Part shown: positions 1 through 7,576 of the stretch, piece after piece
Numbering within the stretch: position 1 is the first letter of the stretch
Layout: every line of letters begins with the position of its first letter
Source of the DNA: Candidatus Latescibacterota bacterium
GTDB lineage: Bacteria; Latescibacterota; UBA2968; UBA8231
Assembly: GCA_963422735.1 (NCBI GenBank)
Contig: OY730476.1
Location: 4,480,001-4,544,000 of the forward strand
DNA: 64,000 bases
Direction of reading: 5' to 3'
Notes under the pieces: generated by a model
Seen by the model: the letters and a program-made list of their open reading frames with translations, nothing else
Database searches by the model: none
What the model was told of the DNA's origin: nothing
Position numbers and translations under genes: made by a program

Positions 1-2247
1 GCCGGAGGCGGAGAAAAGGCGACGGGGTTGGCCACGGTCAAAATCTTCCTCTCGGCCGAGAGCCACGTCGGCAATGGAGAGTGCCTCTATGGGCGCGGCG
101 TCCAGCAGGATCTCGTCAAAGCGTCGGCTGGGCGGCCCCCCGGGCTGGTGCTCCACAAAGGTGGGATTGAGGTAAAGCGCGAACTCGCGCGTTTCCCGCG
201 GCTCGACCGTATTGGGCCAGATTTCGGCAACGGTCCGGTGCGCCACTGGGGGCAGGAATTCCACGGCGATGGACCGTAGGCTGGCTGCTACGTCGGGCGA
301 GGTGGAAAGCAGCCGTGCTTGGAGCTGCAAGAAGCGGCGCGGACTGGGGGAGGTCACGAGCTGGTCCGAGCGGGTATAGTGCTGGCTCCAGCTACTCCAG
401 CCGCCGCCGGGTTGCAGACTATTCATGATCGGCCCCTTAAAACTGGTCGGCAGGTTTGTGTACTCGGTTTCGGTTTTGGGGTCGCCGCCGTTGCCGTAGT
501 ACTCGACGATTTCCACGAGGCGATCGCCGGTGCGCGTGCGGATCTGCACATCGACCCGTTCTGAGTCCGGCAAATCGGCCTCCCATTCGATGTGGCCGAG
601 AATGACCGAGCCGGGCAGCTTGATCATCGGCGAGGTGAGTGTGACCTCAGAGGGGTAGCCCTCGCCGAATAGCTGCACCTCGCGGATGCGGTCGCCGGTG
701 TTGTACCCGCCAGCGCGCCCTACTTGGCTAGTGAATATCTGGCTGGTGAGGTAGCGCACTTGCTCGAGCTTTTCAAACTCGCTCTCCACAGTGCCGCCGT
801 TTTGGCGATGCATCTCGCGCCACTTTAGGCTGCCGTTGGAATCCCGGGTGCCATCGGAGATGCGGACGACCATTTCGTCCACTCCGCTGATGCTACCAAC
901 CATGCGGAAGTAGTTGAGCCAGAAGCGCGCCCCTAGGTCGAGGGTCATAATGCCGCGTTCTTCAAAGCGAGGGTCAGGCGACCAGACGAATTGGAGGAAG
1001 TTGCTCTCGTAGCGACCGTCGAACCCGGGCAGGCCGCCGAAGGTGCCAGTCAGTTCGACGCTGCCGCCGCCACCGATGACGTCGAGGGCGATGTTGTCGC
1101 CTTGGGTCCACACTTCTACGGCCGCTAGGCGAGGCCGCTCGCGTCGGTAGTGGACGAGGCGACCGCGGCGTTCGGGAGCGACGTCCTCGTATATGCTGCG
1201 GACGACTTTGGTCTCAGTGCCAGCCGCGTTGACGATGTGGTAGTCGATGCCACCCTGTTCGTCGAGCGGCAGGGCCGCGAACTCGGCTTCGGTCACGACC
1301 GCAAACTTGTCTAGTTTGCTATCGGTGACTGCGATGCGGAGGATGTGGAGTTGCTGGTAAATACCCTCGTCGTCCGGGTCGAGGTTGAACTCCACCGAGG
1401 TTTGGTCTTCGACCGGGGCAATAGTGCGGTCTATGAGCGACAAAGCCGCACCCCGCGCGTCCGAGGCCGTTCCGAGCAAGCGAACTTGGCGGAAAGGCTC
1501 GCCCTTGTTGGGATCTAGGAAGCGCAGCACCACCTTGGCGATTGGGACTAGCCGGCCCAAGTCGATATCGACGGTCCAATTTTCGAGCGAGTGGTTGTGG
1601 TATTCGACGCGGCGATCACCCGGAGCGGCTGCTTCGTACGCGGCTTCATCTACCCGCCGCTCTAGTCCATCGTCACCTTTGACAAAAAAGTAGATAGGCC
1701 CTTTGGCAGCCGGCGCGAGGCCGTTGTATTCGGTGCGGGATACTAAGGTGGTGGGTTCCCAGTAGGTCGTGGGGTCCGCGTCGAGAATGGCTGAGGCGGT
1801 TTCGACGCTAGTGCCGGCTTGGCGGATGCCGCCGTGATAGTAGTACCAGATAATCGGATCGCCGACCTCGATGTTCTTCTTTTTGTTGGCCTTTAGATAG
1901 ACGATTGGCTCCCCAGCCACGGTGGCCGGGGCCGTGCGGATGTTGAGTGGTATGGGGCGGTCGGCGCGATTTAATTCCTTGGCCAGCTTGTCGTATGCAC
2001 TCTGGTTGCCGATCAGGGTCTGGAAGCGATCGAGGTCTATTATGGCGTCGGTCGCTTGGCCGATGCGGCGCGGAGAGAGCGCGTGGGTCTGGGGATCGAT
2101 ATGCACGGCGTGTTTGGGCCGCGTCCAGTGCTCCCATTGCGCGGCGCGATTTATAGCCACGCCGTCGGCGGTTAGCTCAAACCCCTCTTGTGCTTCCGCT
2201 TGGCTCAAGAAAAGGAGCAACGGCAGGCTCCAGCGTTGGATGGTCAT
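1..2247 (-). CDS. Large secreted protein, partial (runs off left edge); paralog of the FlgD-tailed proteins at 12499-15177 and 15299-17431
   Basis: Not in ORF track because no stop lies in the window. ATG at 2247 with GGAG upstream; signal peptide MTIQRWSLPLLLFLSQAEA. Hand-translated segments show discoidin-like 'ILDADPTTYWEP...VDIDLGRLVPIAKVVLRF' and family motifs 'VQIRTRTGD', 'WSSWS', 'TSPSPRRFLQLQ', 'AEIWP'. Confidence 0.85.
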   Translation of the reverse strand, partial: MTIQRWSLPLLLFLSQAEAQEGFELTADGVAINRAAQWEHWTRPKHAVHIDPQTHALSPRRIGQATDAIIDLDRFQTLIGNQSAYDKLAKELNRADRPIPLNIRTAPATVAGEPIVYLKANKKKNIEVGDPIIWYYYHGGIRQAGTSVETASAILDADPTTYWEPTTLVSRTEYNGLAPAAKGPIYFFVKGDDGLERRVDEAAYEAAAPGDRRVEYHNHSLENWTVDIDLGRLVPIAKVVLRFLDPNKGEPFRQVRLLGTASDARGAALSLIDRTIAPVEDQTSVEFNLDPDDEGIYQQLHILRIAVTDSKLDKFAVVTEAEFAALPLDEQGGIDYHIVNAAGTETKVVRSIYEDVAPERRGRLVHYRRERPRLAAVEVWTQGDNIALDVIGGGGSVELTGTFGGLPGFDGRYESNFLQFVWSPDPRFEERGIMTLDLGARFWLNYFRMVGSISGVDEMVVRISDGTRDSNGSLKWREMHRQNGGTVESEFEKLEQVRYLTSQIFTSQVGRAGGYNTGDRIREVQLFGEGYPSEVTLTSPMIKLPGSVILGHIEWEADLPDSERVDVQIRTRTGDRLVEIVEYYGNGGDPKTETEYTNLPTSFKGPIMNSLQPGGGWSSWSQHYTRSDQLVTSPSPRRFLQLQARLLSTSPDVAASLRSIAVEFLPPVAHRTVAEIWPNTVEPRETREFALYLNPTFVEHQPGGPPSRRFDEILLDAAPIEALSIADVALGREEDFDRGQPRRLFSASG

Positions 2248-2266
2248 GGGGATTCGCTCCAAGGTT

Positions 2267-3931
2267 TCACTCGCGCTGTACTAGGCTGGCTAGCAGCGAA
2301 TCGGGTAGAGCGGTGACGAGCTGCTCGGCGGATATGTCGATTTCGTCGCGATATTTTTCCCGCAGCGATGCAATCCATTGGTCAAAGCGCGCTTGTTCGG
2401 CCTGATGCGCCAGGGCCGCCCGCGCCCGTTGCTGTGAGTGCTGTGGCTGCTCTGGGCGGGCAGGATCGGTGCGGATCACCACGAACAAGGCAAACCCTTC
2501 GCGGGTTCGCACTGGGCCGTTTAGGACGCCGACCTCGGCCCGTTGCAGGGCGCGCCAGAGCTGGGGATACGGGATGCTGTTGTAGCGGTGCATGCAGACG
2601 AGGCCGTCGGTGCGCCGTGGCCGCAGCGGAAAACCGCGGGCCTTGGCTAGGGCGACCAAATCCTCTTGGCCCGTCAAAGTGTCTTTGAGCTGCTGCGCCT
2701 CTTGCAGATTGGGCGCAATCAACTCGTCAAAGCAGATGGACTCCGGGATGGTGAATCGTTCGGGATGCGCGGCGATATAGTGATCGACATCGGCTGTGGC
2801 TACGGTGACTGAGTCGCTTACTTGGCGTTGATACACCGCTTTGAGCAGCAATTCTTCGTCGGCTTTAGCCAAATGCGCTGCGGCTTCTGGCTCTTGGTGA
2901 TAGCCCGCCTTTTCGGCCGCGTCGGCCAAAACGAGTTCCGGCAGGATAGTGCGGCGCGCAAAGGCCGCAATGGTCGCGCTGTCTTGCAGTACCTCTGGAC
3001 GCGTTATCCGATGCTTCTTCAGAACTTCTAAATATTCTTCGGTAGAAACCTGACCGCTGGCGTAAGCGAACAGAGGCGCATTCGCTCGCGATGGCAGGGC
3101 GGCTAGCCCCTGCGCGGTCAAATGCCAGCCCAATTCATAGGCGAGGAGCTCGACCTGCTGCCGCTCGACCTGCTGCCTCTTGGCTTTGGCTAGCTCTTGG
3201 GCGAGCAAGTCCCGCTGGCTATCGACCTCTATTTGGCGATCCTCTATAAAGCGCACCAAGTGAAATCGTCGGCCTAAGGGCAACGGCTCGGATACGACGC
3301 CCGTCGGCTGGTGATCGAATACGACCTCTGGAACCCCAAGGCGGCTGGCCATGGAGCGACTGACAAAGCCGATCCGACTGCGCTGGGCGGCCGCGCGCGG
3401 GTCGAGCGTGTGTTGGGCAGAGAGTTCGGCAAAGGAAGCACCGGCTGCGAGCTGGCGCTGGATCGCTTGGGCTTCGGCCTTCGTCTGGACCAAAATGGCC
3501 GTCATGAGCCGCTCGCGTCCGAGGTCTTGTTCTTCAAAAAAGTGAGCGATGTCCGCGTCCGCAACTTGCGCCTGGGGATGGAGATCGCGCTTTCGGTACA
3601 GGTTCGCCAGATAGGTGCGCCGCTGGAGTCGCTGCTCAACCCACACAGCCGGCTCACGTTCTAGTCCTATTTCGCGCGCTTGGCGCAGCATGAGTTGGCG
3701 GTCGATCAGAGTCTGCAAGTAGTCCTGCCGCGCCGCTTGCCCCTGTTGGGCCGGACGTAGCCCCGGCAATACGTTTAACGCAAATTGGCGTAGCTCTGCA
3801 CTCGTGATGGTCACATCGCCGACTAGGGCTACTGGCGGCGCATCTTGCTGGCTGCATGCGACCGACAAAACCAACGCCGCCCACGCAGCGGCGCATCTGC
3901 GCCGCAAAACATTTCTGCTTAGAGTATCCAT
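2267..3931 (-). CDS. SurA/PrsA-like foldase lipoprotein with two parvulin (PpiC-type PPIase) domains
   Basis: Lipobox LSVA-C; SurA N-domain 'QDYLQTLIDRQLMLRQAREIGL'; parvulin-like 'GASFAELSAQHTLD', 'GVVSEPL', 'GPVRTREGFALF'. Confidence 0.8.
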   Translation of the reverse strand: MDTLSRNVLRRRCAAAWAALVLSVACSQQDAPPVALVGDVTITSAELRQFALNVLPGLRPAQQGQAARQDYLQTLIDRQLMLRQAREIGLEREPAVWVEQRLQRRTYLANLYRKRDLHPQAQVADADIAHFFEEQDLGRERLMTAILVQTKAEAQAIQRQLAAGASFAELSAQHTLDPRAAAQRSRIGFVSRSMASRLGVPEVVFDHQPTGVVSEPLPLGRRFHLVRFIEDRQIEVDSQRDLLAQELAKAKRQQVERQQVELLAYELGWHLTAQGLAALPSRANAPLFAYASGQVSTEEYLEVLKKHRITRPEVLQDSATIAAFARRTILPELVLADAAEKAGYHQEPEAAAHLAKADEELLLKAVYQRQVSDSVTVATADVDHYIAAHPERFTIPESICFDELIAPNLQEAQQLKDTLTGQEDLVALAKARGFPLRPRRTDGLVCMHRYNSIPYPQLWRALQRAEVGVLNGPVRTREGFALFVVIRTDPARPEQPQHSQQRARAALAHQAEQARFDQWIASLREKYRDEIDISAEQLVTALPDSLLASLVQRE

Positions 3932-3979
3932 AATTACGTTGCATTATATAAAGAAACATTTGTTTAAGGAAATGCCGTC

Positions 3980-5722
3980 ATGCACTTTGGCATCCGGTTT
4001 TTGACTTCACACCCCATCTGGATAGCGGCGTTGGTGCTGGCGTGCTACGCCAATACTTTGGGCAACGGCTTTGTTTTCGACGACTCGGCGTATCTCGCTA
4101 GCGAAGCGGTGCGTGCGCTGGCCCTGGGCGATCTTTTTGGCGCTAGCTGGATGGGGCTGGAGCTGTACCGACCGCTCACCTTGCTCTCGCTTGGGCTCGA
4201 TTGCCAGCTCTTCGGGGAAGCTCCTTGGGGTTATCATCTAACCAATGTCCTGTTGCACGCGGTCAATAGCCTGCTTCTGTACGCATTGGCCCGAGACCTG
4301 CTCGGCGAGGATCGCGCCGCGCTGTGGGCCGCCTTGCTGTACGCGAGTCATCCCCTCCAGACCGAAGTGGTAGCTTGGATTTCGGCGCGGGGCGATTTGC
4401 TGGCCAGCCTGTTGTCGTTGAGTGCTTTTCTAGCGCATCGGCGGCGGCGCGCACTAGCCTATTTGCTGTACGCGGGAGCCTGCCTGTCGAAGGAGACGGC
4501 GATGGTTTTGCCGGTCGCACTTTTCTTGGCGGACTCACGGGGGGGAGCAGCGGCTTGGAGCAAGCGGCACTGGGGATATGGGGTGGCCCTGCTGGGCGTC
4601 TTAGCGTTGCGTTGGATCGCGTTGGCCGACGCCCCTGCTGGGCCGGTCTCTACCAATTTTTTGGCCGGCCTCGGCCCGTGGCAGCGGCTCGGCACGGCCG
4701 TGGCCATTCTGCCGCGCTACTTGCTGCTGATCGCCGCGCCGCTGTACCTGTCGGCGGATTATTCATATACATCGATCCCCCCGGTGACGTCGCCTTGGGA
4801 CGGGTGGTTTGTTGCGGGCTTGGCCTGTGCGGCCGCATTGGTCGCGCTGCCTTGGGTGGCGCGTTCGCGCTTTCTCGTCTTTGCCAGCGCGTTCTTTGGC
4901 GCGTGCCTGCTGCCGGTGGCCAATCTGTTTTTCCTCGCGCCCAGCGGCATGGCCGAGCGTTATTTGCACTTGGCCATGATCCCGGTGGCCCTGACTTGGG
5001 GTTGGGCTGGGCAGTGCTGGCTGCGGAAAAGCCCGGGACAGCAGCACCTAGTTTGGGCGGTGGCATTGTGCGCGGTGGTGCTGGGCGGTGCGCGCACCAT
5101 CGTCCGCAACCGAGATTGGCACAGCGATGCCCGCTTGTTTGCCGCCGTCTTGACGCACTATCCAGACAACGCCCGCGCCCACGACAATCTCGCGTTTGCG
5201 TACTATCAGCAGGGGCAATACGCGCGCGCTTTCCACCACTACCAGCAGGCGGTGGCCATCCAGCCGACCCGGCTGCGAGCGCATTTTAACCTCGGAATAC
5301 TGCACAGCGCGGCGCGGCGCTACGAGGAGGCGATCGCGTCCTTCAAGACTGCACTGGCCCTGCATCCCACTCACGTTGAAACGCATTTCAATCTCGGCCT
5401 GACCTACCAGAAAGCTAGGCGTTACGAGGAAGCTATAGGACACTATGGTATGGTGCTGAGTTTGGCACCGCACCATCTGAAAGCACACTACAATTTAGGC
5501 CGCGCCTACGAGCGCGTCGGCCGCACAGAGGCTGCCATCCGGCAATACACCGCGCTCGTGGCGCTAGACACCAAGACCGCTAAGGCGTATTACCGCTTGG
5601 GCGAGCTGTACCGTCGCCAACAGCGCCACGAGGAAATGGCCGCTGCTTGGACTACCTTGCTGCGCCTCGACCCGACGCACCGCGAGGCCGAGCGCATTCG
5701 TCAGGCACTGGACGAGAAGTAG
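3980..5722 (+). CDS. TMTC-like GT-C protein O-mannosyltransferase with C-terminal TPR repeats
   Basis: 'FVFDD', 'YRPLTLLS', 'GYHLTNVLLHAVN', 'HPLQTEVVAWISARGDLL', 'LSKETA', 'AERYL', 'RNRDW' followed by about 6 TPRs. Confidence 0.85.
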   Translation: MHFGIRFLTSHPIWIAALVLACYANTLGNGFVFDDSAYLASEAVRALALGDLFGASWMGLELYRPLTLLSLGLDCQLFGEAPWGYHLTNVLLHAVNSLLLYALARDLLGEDRAALWAALLYASHPLQTEVVAWISARGDLLASLLSLSAFLAHRRRRALAYLLYAGACLSKETAMVLPVALFLADSRGGAAAWSKRHWGYGVALLGVLALRWIALADAPAGPVSTNFLAGLGPWQRLGTAVAILPRYLLLIAAPLYLSADYSYTSIPPVTSPWDGWFVAGLACAAALVALPWVARSRFLVFASAFFGACLLPVANLFFLAPSGMAERYLHLAMIPVALTWGWAGQCWLRKSPGQQHLVWAVALCAVVLGGARTIVRNRDWHSDARLFAAVLTHYPDNARAHDNLAFAYYQQGQYARAFHHYQQAVAIQPTRLRAHFNLGILHSAARRYEEAIASFKTALALHPTHVETHFNLGLTYQKARRYEEAIGHYGMVLSLAPHHLKAHYNLGRAYERVGRTEAAIRQYTALVALDTKTAKAYYRLGELYRRQQRHEEMAAAWTTLLRLDPTHREAERIRQALDEK

Positions 5723-5799
5723 GTAACATCTTTGATAACAAGGAGTTACCGACTTATACAATGGAGACTGTGAGCGCGGCGGTACAAGGAAAAAGATGC

Positions 5800-5828
5800 T
5801 TGACTTTCAATAGTGTTGGGAGTACCTT
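5800..5828 (+). promoter_or_regulatory. sigma70-type promoter
   Basis: TTGACT-N17-TACCTT upstream of the gene at 5887. Confidence 0.55.
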
Positions 5829-5886
5829 GAGGCGTGATATACCTAAGTACTCGTTCTATCCACGCTAATTTATGAAGGAGATGGAG

Positions 5887-6792
5887 ATGCACAAAACGTT
5901 AGTAAGTGCCTTACTCGCCGCGGTGATTGCGCTACCGGCTCTGGCTCATTTTCCTCCTGGCGAACTCCTGTTCGCGGTGCAGTTCCCAGATGAAAATATA
6001 CCGGTCATCGACGGCAATCACGCCGATTGGGCGGCCGTGCCGCAGATCCCCTACGAAGTAGGCAACGACAAGTACTCGGATTCGGTGTACAGTAAGTTGC
6101 GCGGCGAAATCGACGTCAGCGATCTGAGTGTGCGGCAGATTGTCGGCTGGAACGACAATACCAATCTGCTCTATTTCATGGCCGAGGTCTTCGACAATGT
6201 CCACACCCGCGACGCCGAAGAGCCGAATGCTTGGTGGTCCGACGACGCTTGGGAAATTTACGTGTCGCCGACGCATCCTGAAGTTGAGGGCGGCGGTGGC
6301 CATGCCCCCGGGCAGGAAGGCGGCATCCTCAAGGTGGGGTACAACTGGTCCATGCCGCCGACGGCGGGCGCGTGGGGCGGGTACAATCCCCCATTTGATT
6401 GGGTCCTCGATCCGGACAACAACGACGCTTGGAAGTTCGCGTACACGTTTGAAGGAGAAGAGTTCGGCGAGAGCACGTATTTCTACGAGGCTTGGATTCG
6501 GCCCTTTGACTTCATTCCCGACGATGGCGACCGCGAGGCCGCAGAAGAGACGGATCTCGAAGAAGGCCAGATCATCGCCATTAGCTGGACCTTCGGCGAC
6601 TTCGACATTGAAGGCGGGGCCGTTCTCGAAGACTATCAGGGCTTCTGGTCGGTATCGCCCAATGGCTGCTGCCGCGCCGACAACGACATGGTCATGAGCG
6701 AGCTCGACGACGCCATCGACTGGGGAACCGCTCCCGCCACAGCCGTTGAATCTAGCACTTGGGGACGCATCAAGACCGAGTTTAATCACTAG
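5887..6792 (+). CDS. Secreted acidic protein, CBM9/DOMON-like fold, C-terminal 'AVESSTWGRIK' motif
   Basis: AAGGAG RBS; signal peptide ending ALA-H; 'PVIDGNHADW', 'VGWND..NLLYF.AEVFDN', 'DDAWEIYV'; C-terminus TAVESSTWGRIKTEFNH. Confidence 0.75.
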   Translation: MHKTLVSALLAAVIALPALAHFPPGELLFAVQFPDENIPVIDGNHADWAAVPQIPYEVGNDKYSDSVYSKLRGEIDVSDLSVRQIVGWNDNTNLLYFMAEVFDNVHTRDAEEPNAWWSDDAWEIYVSPTHPEVEGGGGHAPGQEGGILKVGYNWSMPPTAGAWGGYNPPFDWVLDPDNNDAWKFAYTFEGEEFGESTYFYEAWIRPFDFIPDDGDREAAEETDLEEGQIIAISWTFGDFDIEGGAVLEDYQGFWSVSPNGCCRADNDMVMSELDDAIDWGTAPATAVESSTWGRIKTEFNH

Positions 6793-6830
6793 GTCCTGCT
6801 GGCTCGACCCGGCATTCGGTTTAGATGTAC

Positions 6831-6867
6831 AGGCGATGGGCTTGGCTAGCTCATCGCCTTATTTTTT
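6831..6867 (+). terminator. Rho-independent terminator
   Basis: Stem AGGCGATGGGC / GCTCATCGCCT followed by TATTTTTT. Confidence 0.75.
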
Positions 6868-6940
6868 AAGGAGCCATCTCAAAACCAAATGTAAACGATG
6901 AGACGGATGCCGGAGATGTCTGTAGAGGAAGTAGAGCGCG

Positions 6941-7387
6941 GTGAAAAAAGTTTATATTGAGACGACGATCGTCAGCTACCTTACGGCCAAGCCATCGAAA
7001 AATGTCTTGGCCGCGGCTTGGCAAGAACTTACAAGGGAATGGTGGGACCGTCGGCGTACTCACTTTGATTTGTTTACTTCTGAGCTGGTCCGAGCCGAGT
7101 CCTATAAAGGTGATGCGGCAGCCGCTCATCGGCGACTGAATTTCCTCGAGGGAATACCTATACTCGCAACGACAGATTCTGCAGTTGAGTTCGCCCGAAG
7201 AATGATAAAGGAAGGCCCCTACCGGAAAAAGCAATAGATGATGCGCTTCATATCGCGATCTCTGCTGTTCATCGATAACGCCGAGATGAAACCAAGTATC
7301 CGCGAACTTTGTATGCTGTATAGCCATTACTATCCAGAGATTTGCACTCCACAAGAACTTATGGGAGAAGGTTTAGATGAAAAATGA
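6941..7387 (+). pseudogene. PIN-domain (VapC-like) toxin, frameshifted and internally deleted
   Basis: 'VYIETTIVSYL...TREWW' ORF stops at 7237. 'EKAIDDALHIAISAVH' and 'IDNAEMK...PEICTPQELM' continue in other frames, and the usual 'LLTWN' segment is missing. Confidence 0.8.
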
Positions 7388-7553
7388 AATAGAAATAATT
7401 GAAGGCGTATGGAAAGCAAAAGACGAACTAGCTCGGCAATTTGAATACGATCTTGATCGCTTGGCAACAGCATTGCGACAGAAAGAGCAGGAGCATGGGT
7501 TTAAGGTTGTTGATTTCTCCCAAACTCCTCAGCCTACAGATTCGCAGATATAA
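7377..7553 (+). CDS. Small 58-aa partner (putative antitoxin) of the PIN toxin
   Basis: MKNEIEIIEGVWKAKDELARQFEYDLDRLATALRQKEQ...; overlaps the toxin end and resembles small proteins commonly paired with this PIN family. Below the ORF-track cutoff. Confidence 0.65.
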   Translation: MKNEIEIIEGVWKAKDELARQFEYDLDRLATALRQKEQEHGFKVVDFSQTPQPTDSQI

Positions 7554-7576
7554 AAAATGCCTTCAAGGAGCCCGGT

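Noticed and set aside
5932-6789. 285-aa antisense ORF, and similar long shadow ORFs (4324-5289, 22793-23614, 40458-41339, 59780-60943)
   Set aside because: They overlap well-supported genes, have no recognisable motifs, and are expected from GC-rich codon bias.
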